Below are positions 1-9,899 of a stretch of DNA of 64,000 nucleotides, piece after piece; position 1 is the first letter of the stretch, and each line of letters opens with the position of its first letter. The position numbers and the translations under genes are program-made. The DNA is from an uncultured Gammaproteobacteria bacterium (GTDB lineage Bacteria; Patescibacteriota; Patescibacteriia; Patescibacteriales; UBA12465): assembly GCA_964466835.1 (NCBI GenBank), contig CAYXNV010000003.1:517-64516 (forward strand), in the 5' to 3' direction. Under the pieces are notes generated by a model that saw nothing but the letters and a program-made list of their open reading frames with translations, had not been told where the DNA came from and did not search any database.

Positions 1-911
1 TGACTTAAATCATAATTACCTCGAGCATGAATACCTTCTAGCTCTTTGAAGCCGAAAGGAAAATTATATTCAATGTCATAGGCCTCTTTAGCATAGAAAA
101 CTAAATTCTCATGCTTATGCCACTTCAAATTCTTCTTATCAATCCCTAAATCTAGATAAAATTTAAATCTGATTTTTTTCCACTCTTCATAGATTTTCAT
201 CTCATCTTTAGGTTCAACAAAATATTGCATCTCCATTTGCTCAAATTCACGAGTGCGGAAAACAAATTGACGAGCAGTAATTTCGTTACGAAAAGCTTTA
301 CCAATTTGGGCAACTCCGAAAGGAATCTTCACTCTAGTAGTATCAACTATGTTTTTATAGTTAACATAAATTCCTTGACATGTTTCTCCACGGAGATAGG
401 TTGGTTCTTTAGACCAGTCACTGGTAAAGTTTCCTAAATTTGAATGAACCAAAAGATTAAACTTTTTAGCGGGAGTAAAATTCTGTTCGCCACAGATTGA
501 ACACTTAACTTTATCTTTATTCTTTCCAAATATTTCATTAATTTCATCTTCACTCATTTTCTCATCAGCAAATACACCAGCTTCTTCTAATAAAGAGTCT
601 AAACGTAAACGACTATGACATTTTTTACACTCAGTAAGGGGATCAGAAAACCCTTTAACATGGCCACTAGCTTCCCAAACTTTTGGATTCATAAAAATAG
701 CTGAATCTAGACCAACAATATCATCTCTTAACTGCACCATTTCTTTCCACCATTCCTTTTTAATATTATTAACTAATTCAACTCCGTATGGTCCATAGTC
801 ATAGACAGCGGTAAAGCCACTATATATATCTGAAGAAGGAAAAATAAATCCTCTTCGTTTAGCTAGCGAAACAAGTTGTTCTAATTTATTATCTTCGTTT
901 TTCTTTTTCAT
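1..911 (-). CDS. glyQS: glycine--tRNA ligase (homodimeric GlyQS type), N-terminal ~303 codons; the gene runs off the left edge of the window
   Basis: Absent from the ORF track because there is no stop in the window. Hand translation of the reverse strand from the ATG at 911-909 gives MKKKNEDNKLEQLVSLAKRRGFIFPSSDIYSGFTAVYDYGPYGV..., matching the conserved GlyQS N-terminus (SLAK-RGF-FP-S-IY-G...YDYGP-G). Confidence 0.85.
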   Translation of the reverse strand, partial: MKKKNEDNKLEQLVSLAKRRGFIFPSSDIYSGFTAVYDYGPYGVELVNNIKKEWWKEMVQLRDDIVGLDSAIFMNPKVWEASGHVKGFSDPLTECKKCHSRLRLDSLLEEAGVFADEKMSEDEINEIFGKNKDKVKCSICGEQNFTPAKKFNLLVHSNLGNFTSDWSKEPTYLRGETCQGIYVNYKNIVDTTRVKIPFGVAQIGKAFRNEITARQFVFRTREFEQMEMQYFVEPKDEMKIYEEWKKIRFKFYLDLGIDKKNLKWHKHENLVFYAKEAYDIEYNFPFGFKELEGIHARGNYDLS

Positions 912-921
912 ATAATTATTA

Positions 922-2619
922 TTACATTTCTTCTATTACCTTTAACCCTAAAATGTTAAAGCCATTTTCTAAAACCTGAGCAATTGCTTTAATTAAAGCC
1001 AGCCTAGCTTTTCTAGTTTTTGGTTCAGACTTTAAAATATTAACCTCATGGTAATAGTCATTAAATAATTGAACTAATTCAAATAAATATTTTATTAAAT
1101 CACTAGGATCGTGTTTACGACCAGACATGGTAATTATTTCAGGATATTTAGCTATTTTTAATAAAAGATTTTTTTCTCTTGGATCTTTTAATTTGTTTAA
1201 ATGATCACCAAAATTGAACCAACTCACTCCCTGTTTACGAATAATACTCTTTAGGCGAGCATAACCATATTGTAGATAGCAAGCGGTTTGACCATCAAAT
1301 TTAGAAGCTTCTTCAATATTAAAGGTAATTATTTTATCAGCACTAACCTTTAACATTTCAAACTTAATAATCGAGACCATTAAATGTTTAGCTACCTGGA
1401 CAATTCTATTATCAGTCCAGTCTTCATGTCTTTTCCGAGTTTCAACTGTTATTTTCTCTAATATCCTGCTTTTTAATTCTTCATAGGTGATAACATTGCC
1501 ACTTCGAGAAGACATCATGCCACTAGGAAGAGTGACAAAATCATATGATAGGTGCACCAGCTTCTGTCGGTAACCCATTAATTCTAATATTTTAAATAAT
1601 TGTTTAAAATACAAATTTTGACGGATATCTACCACATGAAATGATTCATCAACTTCATGACGTCTAAATTTTTCAGTTGCTAAAGCTAAATCAGCCACTG
1701 GATACAGGGCGGTGTTATCAGAGCGAAGAATTGGCAGAACCCCCAGATTATATTCTTCTAAATTAGCAATAACTGCTCCATCACTTTTTTTCAAAATTCC
1801 ATCGGTTAATAATTCTTGAACAATTTTGAGGCCATTATCAATAATTTCACTCTCATAAAAAATATCTTTAAACTTGACCCCCAACTCTTCATAAATTTTA
1901 TTAAAATAATCAATGCTCCACTGGCGAGTTTCTTGCCAAAGTTCATAGGTTTCGCCAGTTCGACTCTCAATTTGTTTCATTATTCCCCCTACTTCATCTT
2001 TACAATCTGGATGATCTTGCAATCTCTGGCTGGCTTCACTATAGCACTTGCCTAGAAGATAGCCTTTATCTTTTGAACTATTTTGATATTCTGGATTTCG
2101 CTGCCAATTCCAAATAGTTTTAGCAATATGGATGCCAAAATCATTAATATAGGAAACAGGAATGGAAAGATAGCCGTTAGCTAATAATAAATTATTAACT
2201 GCGTCACCATAGGATAAATTACGGAGATGCCCAACATGATATTCTTTGTGAGTGTTAGCATTAGAATATTCAATCATTACTTGCTTACCCTGTCCAATTT
2301 GATTTTTACCGTAATTATCTTTTTCTCTTTTTATCTCATTAATTACTCTTTCCGCTAAATATTTTTGATTAATGTGGAAGTTGAGATAGGGACCAACTGA
2401 TTTTATCTTGGTAAATATTTTATTAAGATGATGATTATTAGCTGATTTTTCCGCTAATTCAATTGCTAAATCAGCTGGATTCATTCCTTCTTTTTTAGCC
2501 AGCTCAAAACAAGCCAAGCTTATATCCCCTAATTCTGGTTGGGGGGGATAGGAAAAGCTGGCTGTTTCTAGTTTCAATTCCTGAATAATTTGCTCTTTCA
2601 ACCTATTCAAAAACACCAT
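922..2619 (-). CDS. argS: arginine--tRNA ligase
   Basis: 565-aa ORF. It has a class-I HIGH-type signature (HVGHLRN), MSSRSG at the KMSKS position, and a C-terminal anticodon-binding-like helical region. It lies in an aaRS cluster with tyrS and glyQS. Confidence 0.9.
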   Translation of the reverse strand: MVFLNRLKEQIIQELKLETASFSYPPQPELGDISLACFELAKKEGMNPADLAIELAEKSANNHHLNKIFTKIKSVGPYLNFHINQKYLAERVINEIKREKDNYGKNQIGQGKQVMIEYSNANTHKEYHVGHLRNLSYGDAVNNLLLANGYLSIPVSYINDFGIHIAKTIWNWQRNPEYQNSSKDKGYLLGKCYSEASQRLQDHPDCKDEVGGIMKQIESRTGETYELWQETRQWSIDYFNKIYEELGVKFKDIFYESEIIDNGLKIVQELLTDGILKKSDGAVIANLEEYNLGVLPILRSDNTALYPVADLALATEKFRRHEVDESFHVVDIRQNLYFKQLFKILELMGYRQKLVHLSYDFVTLPSGMMSSRSGNVITYEELKSRILEKITVETRKRHEDWTDNRIVQVAKHLMVSIIKFEMLKVSADKIITFNIEEASKFDGQTACYLQYGYARLKSIIRKQGVSWFNFGDHLNKLKDPREKNLLLKIAKYPEIITMSGRKHDPSDLIKYLFELVQLFNDYYHEVNILKSEPKTRKARLALIKAIAQVLENGFNILGLKVIEEM

Positions 2620-2621
2620 AA

Positions 2622-3851
2622 TTATTTAATTATCTTGATAAAATGCAATTTACCGCGTTGAATAATTACGTCTTTATCTATTTCTATTAATTTATTTACA
2701 CTTTCAATTACTGCAAAATCTTTTTTACCAAACTTAACTTTAATCGCTCCTTGAGTAATTAATCTACGAGCCTCACCCTTGCTAGTTGTGAGAGCGGTTT
2801 CAGCTAAAAGATCAACTATATTATAGATTGCTTGTTTTGCTTTCCAAGTTCTTATATCTTTAGGGACCTCCTTCTTTTGAATTGTCTTCACAAAATTATT
2901 TTGTGCTTCTTTAGCTATTTTCTCACCATAATTTGTTTTAGTAATTTCAAAAGCTAGTTTCATTTTTAGATCACGAGGATTAACTTTATCTTTCTTCAAA
3001 TCTTCAATTATTTTTTCTAGCTCTTTAGTAGAGACATCAGTGCAGAGTTCAAAGGCAGAAGGCAGGGTTCCATCTGGCCAAGACATAACTTGACCATACA
3101 TATCAGCTGGCTTCTCATCAAGAAAAACAACATTACCTTCGGACTTGCCCATCTTAGCTCCAGATTCATCAGCTAATAATTTCATGGTTAAAACAAATTT
3201 TTCTTTTTTCAAAATATTCTTCACCAAGTCACGACCACACATCATGTTAAACATTTGATCATTACCACCAATTTCTAAATCAACTGCCATCGCCACACTA
3301 TCATAGCCTTGAGTAAGGGGATAGAGAAACTCATGGAGGTAAATGGGTTTTTCTTCTTTTAATCTCTCCTGGAACATATCACGCTGAATCATTTGCTGAA
3401 CTGTAAAGTGGGAAGATAATTCAATAATATCCTTAAAACTTAATTTATCATTCCATTTGCTGTTATACATTACCTTGGCTGGATTATTTCCAGAAAAATT
3501 TAAATAGGCTGAGGCTTGTTTTTTATAGTCCTGACTATTTTTCAAAACTTCTTCTCGAGTCATTTTTTTCCTAACTGCTGATTTATCAGTTGGATCACCA
3601 ATCATGCCGGTAAAATCACCGACCAAAAAGATAACTTCATGACCCAATTCTTGAAATTGAGCTAATTTTTTTAGAGAAATAGCATTGCCAATATGAAGAG
3701 CTGAGGCACTAGGATCATAACCACAGTATAAACGAAGCTTTTCTCCGCTGAGTAGCTTCTTTTCTAAGTCATGGTAACTGGGATAAACATTCTCCACTCC
3801 CCGGGTTAAAACTTCTTTAATTTTCTTTTTATCCGTAATAACTTTAGCCAT
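2622..3851 (-). CDS. tyrS: tyrosine--tRNA ligase
   Basis: 409-aa ORF with a HIGH region (CGYDPSASALHIGN), a KMGKS motif and a C-terminal S4-like domain (GEARRLITQGAIKV). Confidence 0.92.
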   Translation of the reverse strand: MAKVITDKKKIKEVLTRGVENVYPSYHDLEKKLLSGEKLRLYCGYDPSASALHIGNAISLKKLAQFQELGHEVIFLVGDFTGMIGDPTDKSAVRKKMTREEVLKNSQDYKKQASAYLNFSGNNPAKVMYNSKWNDKLSFKDIIELSSHFTVQQMIQRDMFQERLKEEKPIYLHEFLYPLTQGYDSVAMAVDLEIGGNDQMFNMMCGRDLVKNILKKEKFVLTMKLLADESGAKMGKSEGNVVFLDEKPADMYGQVMSWPDGTLPSAFELCTDVSTKELEKIIEDLKKDKVNPRDLKMKLAFEITKTNYGEKIAKEAQNNFVKTIQKKEVPKDIRTWKAKQAIYNIVDLLAETALTTSKGEARRLITQGAIKVKFGKKDFAVIESVNKLIEIDKDVIIQRGKLHFIKIIK

Positions 3852-3963
3852 ATTAATACTTGGTATTAATTATTGAATTATGTTATAATATTAACAAACT
3901 TCTCTAAGTTTTTCAATTAATTTTATTTAAACAAGCTAAGCAAAAAGTTAGCTTTTTAATCCT

Positions 3964-4941
3964 ATGTTTTCTTATCGTTCTATCTTAAAACAAGCCTGGA
4001 ACATCACCTGGAAAAATAAATATCTTTGGTTTTTCGGGCTTTTTGCTTCTCTGGCCGCTGCTAGTGGTTCAGTTGAGCACCAAATTTTGACCCAAAACTT
4101 AAATCAAAATTTAGTTGATGGTTCCTACGCTCATCTAGGAAGTATACTCCTATTAGGTGACCTAATGAACAATCTATGGATTGGTTTAGGAGCTTTATTT
4201 AGTCAAAATATTTGGATTATTATTAATGCCCTAACTTTACTGTTAGTTACCCTAACTTTAGTGGTTGCCTTCATCTGGCTAGCAATTAGTTCTCAAGTAG
4301 CTATTGTTGATCATGTTAAAAAAATTGTAAATTCTAAAAGAAAAGCCTCAGTTCTAAGTGTTCGAGAGGGTTTAACAATTGGCAATCAGCATTTTTGGCC
4401 AGTCTTAGGACTAAATGTTCTAATCAAAATTCTAATTGGAATTGCGTTCTTCCTCATTAGCATACCTCTGCTTTTCATGTTCCTAAATGATACTGCTGTT
4501 TTAATAGTTGTCTATACCATCCTCTTTGTTATTTTCATGCCAATTGCTGTTTCCCTGTCATTAATGATTAAATATGCCATTGCCTATAAAGTCTTAAATA
4601 AAAAATCTTTTATTGTTTCAATAGAAAAAGGCTGGGAATTATTTAGTAAAAATTGGTTGATAAGTTTAGAGATGGCAATTCTCCTTTTTATTATTAACTT
4701 TCTCTTTGGTATTGGAACACTGTTGATAATCTCCCTAATACTATTCCCTCTATTCTTGTTTGGAATTATGTTTAAATTGGCTTGGCTAACCACCCTAATG
4801 TTATTCTTGGGTCTAATTGTTGTAATTTTAATCGGAGCCTTTTTAACCACCTTTCAAACAGCTACCTGGACTAATCTTTTTCTTCATTTAGACAGCAAGA
4901 AAGGATTAGCTAAATTAGAAAGATTATTTAGAAAAAAATAA
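3964..4941 (+). CDS. polytopic membrane protein, function unknown
   Basis: 325-aa ORF with about 6-7 hydrophobic segments. Its stop is 9 nt before the pilB-like start, so the two are probably co-transcribed. Confidence 0.5.
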   Translation: MFSYRSILKQAWNITWKNKYLWFFGLFASLAAASGSVEHQILTQNLNQNLVDGSYAHLGSILLLGDLMNNLWIGLGALFSQNIWIIINALTLLLVTLTLVVAFIWLAISSQVAIVDHVKKIVNSKRKASVLSVREGLTIGNQHFWPVLGLNVLIKILIGIAFFLISIPLLFMFLNDTAVLIVVYTILFVIFMPIAVSLSLMIKYAIAYKVLNKKSFIVSIEKGWELFSKNWLISLEMAILLFIINFLFGIGTLLIISLILFPLFLFGIMFKLAWLTTLMLFLGLIVVILIGAFLTTFQTATWTNLFLHLDSKKGLAKLERLFRKK

Positions 4942-4950
4942 AAAAGTACT

Positions 4951-7900
4951 ATGAGTGATGATTTAGCTTCAATTGAAAACCTTATTAATCCGACCGATGA
5001 CGAGGAAAGCGTCACCGGTCGTTTTGCTAAAAAACAAACAGAGATAAAGAATAAGGAAATTGAAAAACAAACAGAAAAACAGGCAAAAAAACTCAGTTTA
5101 GACTATGTTAATCTATTTGGTTTTCCAATTAGCCCTGAGGCCTTGTCTCTATTGCAAGAAAAAAGAGCTCGAGAACTTCAAGCAGTTTGTTTCTTCTATA
5201 ATGGTGAAAGCATTCGCATGGCTTGCCTCAATCCAAGTCCTGAAATAAAAGATGAACTTAATCGTTTAGGCGAACAATATTTTGCTGATACTAAATTATA
5301 TTTAGTTTCAAAAAATAGCCTAGAAGCTGCTTTGGATATTTATAAAAGTATCCCCAAGGTTAAACGTTATGAAAGCGGAGTAGAAATTAGTGAAGAAAAT
5401 TTAGAAAAGTTTAAAGAAGATATTGCCAGTTATCAAAGTTTAAATGAAAAAATAAATGAAGTTAATATTACTGATGTTGTTACCCTAATGTTAGCCACTG
5501 CTATCAAGGTTGGAGCAAGTGATATCCATATTGAGGCAGAAGAGGAGCAAGTAGTTATTAGAATGCGTTTAGACGGTGTCCTTCAGGAAGCGGCTCGAAT
5601 TAGTAAAGAAAAGTGGGATAAAATAATCGCTCGCTTAAAAATTCTTTCTCGAGTAAAAATTAATATTGAAAATAAACCCCAAGATGGTCGTTATACTATT
5701 TATCTAAAAGATAGAAAAATAGATGTTCGCTGTTCTTTCTTGCCAACTGCCTACGGCGAGAGTGTAGTAATGCGTTTATTAGACTCCACTGCTATTGCCT
5801 TAGAATTAAAAAAATTAGGTGTTCGCCCAGAAATGATGCCAGCTCTAGAAAGAGAAATTATTAAACCAAATGGTATGATTCTAACCACTGGTCCAACTGG
5901 TTCTGGTAAAACCACCACTCTCTATGCGGTAATTAATCGTTTAAATAAACCAGGCACGAAAATAATTACTTTAGAAAATCCGATTGAATATCAATTGCCG
6001 GGAATTAATCAAAGCCAAGTTGATGTTAAGCGTGGCTATACTTTTTCCGATGGTTTGCGTTCAATTCTTCGTCAAGATCCAAATATAGTAATGGTTGGTG
6101 AAATTAGAGATTTGGAAACAGCTGAAATTGCTATTCAGGCTGCTTTAACAGGACATTTAGTTCTATCAACTCTGCACACTAATGATGCAGCTGGTGTTAT
6201 TCCTCGGTTAATTGATATTGGAGTAAAACCATATTTCTTAGTGCCAGCGATTAATGCTGTAGTTGGTCAACGGTTAATAAGAAAGCTTTGTCCTCATTGT
6301 CGAGAAGAACATAAATTAGATTCCGAAGAAGAAGAACAAGTAAATAAAATCCTAGCTGTTATTTCTCCTAAAACTGGGATTGATATTCCAGCCGAGCTAC
6401 CAAAAATGTATAAAGCTAGTAAGGGCTGTGAAAAATGTAGTTTTATTGGCTATAAAGGACGAACTGGTATTTATGAAATCTTCACCATGGATGATGATTT
6501 AAAACAATTAACAATTGATAAAGCTCCTTCATTTAAAATCCTTCAACAAGCAATTGAGAATGGCATGATTACTATGCTTCAAGATGGCGTCCTCAAAACC
6601 ATGGAAGGAGTTACTTCCCTAGATGAAGTCTATCGAGTAATTGGCAACTTTGATTATGTTAATGAATTATATGATATTGTAATTTCTCAAACCATTGGCC
6701 GAGGAGTGAAACTAAGAAAAGAAGAAATAGAAAAAGCTAAAGAATTAAGTAAAGATATTAATAAGATTGCTAGTGCTGCCAAAGAAATACCAACCACTGA
6801 ATTAATTAATCTAGTAATGGCTCTGGCCGTGGTGAGTGATGCTGGTGATATTCATATCGAACCAACCGAAGAAGATGTTAAAGTTCGTTTTAGAATTGAT
6901 GGTGTTCTTCATGACATTCTTAACCTACCTAAAACTAGTTATTTGCCATTATTATCAGAAGTAAAAATATTAGCTGGAGCCGCTACCAATATTAAACGAG
7001 CTACCTTTGATGGTCGCTTCACTATTGGGTTAGAAAAGAATAAAATTGACTGTCGTCTTTCAATTATCACTGGTGGTCACGGGGAAACGATTGTTGTTCG
7101 GTTGCTATCAACAACAGCTGCTAAGTTGGACATGCAAAAACTAGGCATTACATCTGTTAATTATGATGCCCTACAAAAAGCAATGAAAAAAACTAGGGGT
7201 ATTATCATTACCACTGGTCCAACTGGTTCTGGTAAAACTACTACCTTATATAGTATTTTAAATAAATTAAATAAACCTGATACCAAAATAATTACCGTTG
7301 AAGATCCCATTGAATATGAACTGCCCGGAATCATGCAAACTCAAATTGATGAAAAACGAGGTTATACTTTTGTTTCTGCTATGCGTTCTTTGTTGCGTCA
7401 AAATCCAAATATAATGATGATTGGAGAAATTCGTGATGCTGAAACCGCTAAAGTTTCAATTGAAGCTTCTATGACTGGCCACTTAGTTTTATCTACTATT
7501 CATGCTAATAGTGCCGCCGGAGCAATTTCTCGTTTCGCTGGCCTAGGTCTAGAAAGACAGGCTCTAGCTAATGCGATTGAGTTCACTATTGGCCAACGTT
7601 TAGTTCGCCGAATTTGTCCTCATTGTAAAAAAGAAACTGAACCTAATCCAGAAACCCTAAAGAAAGCTCAAGAAGCTTTGGGGTTAATAAATAATTCAAA
7701 GATAAAAATTCCAGACAAACTCACTTTCTACAAGGGAGAGGGTTGTGATAAATGTAATAGTATTGGCTATAAAGGGCGTCTTGGTTTGTATGAAACTATT
7801 GCCATGACTCCTGAAATTCAAAAATTAATTCAAAAGGAAGATGTAACTGATCATGATATCGAACAAGCAGCAATTGCTAACGGTATGGTGACGATGCTTC

Positions 7901-7965
7901 AAGATGGCATTCTCAAGGCTTTAGCTGGAGAAACCAGTCTTGAAGAAATCTTCAGAGTAGTTTAA
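4951..7965 (+). CDS. pilB: PilB/GspE-family type IV pilus (T2SS-like) assembly ATPase with two complete ATPase modules fused in tandem
   Basis: 1004-aa uninterrupted ORF. It has an N-terminal T2SSE_N/MshEN-like segment followed by two copies of the same module. Each copy has ASDIHIE/AGDIHIE, Walker A GPTGSGKTTT, an Asp box (ENPIEY / EDPIEY), Walker B (VGEIRD / IGEIRD), a His box (GHLVLSTLH / GHLVLSTIH) and a CPHC...C-KC tetracysteine. Confidence 0.9.
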   Translation: MSDDLASIENLINPTDDEESVTGRFAKKQTEIKNKEIEKQTEKQAKKLSLDYVNLFGFPISPEALSLLQEKRARELQAVCFFYNGESIRMACLNPSPEIKDELNRLGEQYFADTKLYLVSKNSLEAALDIYKSIPKVKRYESGVEISEENLEKFKEDIASYQSLNEKINEVNITDVVTLMLATAIKVGASDIHIEAEEEQVVIRMRLDGVLQEAARISKEKWDKIIARLKILSRVKINIENKPQDGRYTIYLKDRKIDVRCSFLPTAYGESVVMRLLDSTAIALELKKLGVRPEMMPALEREIIKPNGMILTTGPTGSGKTTTLYAVINRLNKPGTKIITLENPIEYQLPGINQSQVDVKRGYTFSDGLRSILRQDPNIVMVGEIRDLETAEIAIQAALTGHLVLSTLHTNDAAGVIPRLIDIGVKPYFLVPAINAVVGQRLIRKLCPHCREEHKLDSEEEEQVNKILAVISPKTGIDIPAELPKMYKASKGCEKCSFIGYKGRTGIYEIFTMDDDLKQLTIDKAPSFKILQQAIENGMITMLQDGVLKTMEGVTSLDEVYRVIGNFDYVNELYDIVISQTIGRGVKLRKEEIEKAKELSKDINKIASAAKEIPTTELINLVMALAVVSDAGDIHIEPTEEDVKVRFRIDGVLHDILNLPKTSYLPLLSEVKILAGAATNIKRATFDGRFTIGLEKNKIDCRLSIITGGHGETIVVRLLSTTAAKLDMQKLGITSVNYDALQKAMKKTRGIIITTGPTGSGKTTTLYSILNKLNKPDTKIITVEDPIEYELPGIMQTQIDEKRGYTFVSAMRSLLRQNPNIMMIGEIRDAETAKVSIEASMTGHLVLSTIHANSAAGAISRFAGLGLERQALANAIEFTIGQRLVRRICPHCKKETEPNPETLKKAQEALGLINNSKIKIPDKLTFYKGEGCDKCNSIGYKGRLGLYETIAMTPEIQKLIQKEDVTDHDIEQAAIANGMVTMLQDGILKALAGETSLEEIFRVV

Positions 7966-7972
7966 TAGATTT

Positions 7973-8548
7973 ATGATTAATAAAAAATTTTTAGAAAATC
8001 TAAAACAAGATTATAAAGCTAATGAAAGCGAACGCCGACAAATAATTAGTGCTGCTAATAGTATTTTATTTGATTCCAAAAAAACCATTTTCATTCTTCA
8101 GCGCCAAGATGAAAAAGAGGCTGAAAAACGTCTTAAAGAAATAGAAAAGAACTTAAAAACTCTAGAAAAACGTTTTAGTTTTAAACGTTTAAACAAAGAA
8201 GGCGCCTATCGAGCCGCCGCTGAAGAGTATGTTGAAGCTAAAACTTTCTTTCTAGTTATTAAAAATAAAAAAATTGATGCAGTGAAAAACATTACCCTGG
8301 ATTATGAAGCCTATCTCGGTGGAATTTGTGATTTAATTGGTGAACTGGTTCGCTATTCCACTAATCAGGCCGCTAAAGGAAAATTTGCCATTGTCGCTAA
8401 AAATAAAAAGATTGCTGAAGATATCATGGCTCATCTAATTGATTTTGACATGACTGGCTATCTCCGCACTAAATATGATCAGGCTAAAGGGCATCTCCGT
8501 AAACTTGAACAAATGGCTTATGAAATAAAATTAAAAACTAAGAAATAG
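7973..8548 (+). CDS. translin-family protein (putative nucleic-acid binding)
   Basis: 191-aa ORF. The C-terminal half aligns by eye with human translin: DYEAYLGGICDLIGELVRYS against DVEDYLSGVLILASELSRLS, and LRTKYDQAKGHLRKLEQMAYEI against LRKRYDGLKYDVKKVEEVVYDL. Confidence 0.65.
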   Translation: MINKKFLENLKQDYKANESERRQIISAANSILFDSKKTIFILQRQDEKEAEKRLKEIEKNLKTLEKRFSFKRLNKEGAYRAAAEEYVEAKTFFLVIKNKKIDAVKNITLDYEAYLGGICDLIGELVRYSTNQAAKGKFAIVAKNKKIAEDIMAHLIDFDMTGYLRTKYDQAKGHLRKLEQMAYEIKLKTKK

Positions 8549-8552
8549 AGCC

Positions 8553-9050
8553 ATGCTAATTGCAATTATTTCTGATATCCATGACAATGTCGTTAATCTA
8601 GAAAAATGTTTAAAATGGTGCCAAGAAAATAAAGTTGAAAAACTAATCTGCTGTGGGGATATTACTAATTTAGAAACTGTAAATATTCTCGCCCGACAAT
8701 TTCCCGGCGAGATTTTTATTGCCGAGGGTAATTGCAGGCTCTATGAAGAGTCTGATCTAAATCATTTTAAAAATATTACCTATTGTGGTGAAATTGGCAT
8801 CAAAGAGGAAGATAGTATTAGGATTGGTTTTTGTCACGAAAAAAGAAAAATCATTAAAATGTTAGAGATTAGCCATGATTCTTTAGATTTTATCTTTTAC
8901 GGTCATAGCCACAAACCCTGGATTGAAAAGAAAAATAATATTACTATTGCTAACCCGGGTAATATTGCCGGAGTCTGGAATCAAGCCACCTTTGCTGTGC
9001 TTGATACTACTAATAAAAAGTTAGAATTAAAAATTTTAGCCGAACTATAA
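8553..9050 (+). CDS. metallophosphoesterase (YfcE/MJ0936-like)
   Basis: 165-aa ORF with the calcineurin-like motifs ISDIHDN, CCGDI and GHSH. Confidence 0.75.
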   Translation: MLIAIISDIHDNVVNLEKCLKWCQENKVEKLICCGDITNLETVNILARQFPGEIFIAEGNCRLYEESDLNHFKNITYCGEIGIKEEDSIRIGFCHEKRKIIKMLEISHDSLDFIFYGHSHKPWIEKKNNITIANPGNIAGVWNQATFAVLDTTNKKLELKILAEL

Positions 9051-9054
9051 TTAT

Positions 9055-9837
9055 ATGAACAACGAAAAAGAAAAAAGAATAATGATAAAAATGATAAAAC
9101 AGGCAGGAAAATCTCTCTTAAATGATTACCAAACTTTTAAGCGTTCTCAAGCTCACCTTAAAACCAAAAGAGATCTGGTCACTCAAGCTGACCTTAACAG
9201 TGAAAAAATAATTATTAAAACAATCAAGAAAAACTTTCCTGATCATCAAATCCTATCCGAAGAAGCGGGTCTAGACGAAAAAAAATCTGATTATTTCTGG
9301 ATCATAGACCCTCTAGATGGCACCACTAACTTTTATATTCATAATCCAATTTGGTCAGTAGCAATTGCCTTGGCCTATAAAAATAAAGTCATTCTAGGAG
9401 CTGTTTATATTCCTCTCCAAAATGAATTATTTTTAGCTGAAAAAGGTAGGGGTGCTTATTTAAATGGCAAAAAAATAAAAGTATCTCAAGGATCTGTAAA
9501 AAAAATAAATACTTTTTGTCATGGTAGTGGCACTAAACATCTAAAGAAAGCTCTTAAATACTATACCTATCAAAAACTTAATTCCTTTGATTGTCGTCAA
9601 TTAGGTAGCGCTGCAACTGAGTTGGCCTATGTTGCTTCAGGGCGAGTAGAATCCATCCTAATCCCTGGAGCTAAAGCCTGGGATGTAGCAGCTGGCTCAC
9701 TTTTAGTTACTGAGGCTGGTGGAAAAGTAACTAACTTCAAAAATAAGCCTTGGACAATAAAAGAAGAAAATATTTTAGCAGCTAATAAAAAATCTCATCC
9801 TCAGATAATAAAGATAATTAAAAAAATAAAAATATAA
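9055..9837 (+). CDS. inositol monophosphatase family protein (SuhB/IMPase-like)
   Basis: 260-aa ORF with the signature WIIDPLDGTTNF, a later WDVAAG motif and an EE metal-ligand region (LSEEAG). Confidence 0.85.
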   Translation: MNNEKEKRIMIKMIKQAGKSLLNDYQTFKRSQAHLKTKRDLVTQADLNSEKIIIKTIKKNFPDHQILSEEAGLDEKKSDYFWIIDPLDGTTNFYIHNPIWSVAIALAYKNKVILGAVYIPLQNELFLAEKGRGAYLNGKKIKVSQGSVKKINTFCHGSGTKHLKKALKYYTYQKLNSFDCRQLGSAATELAYVASGRVESILIPGAKAWDVAAGSLLVTEAGGKVTNFKNKPWTIKEENILAANKKSHPQIIKIIKKIKI

Positions 9838-9899
9838 ACTATCTCAATATAATAAAAAAACCACCTTTTCAGGTGGTTTTTTTATTATAGTTAAAACTT

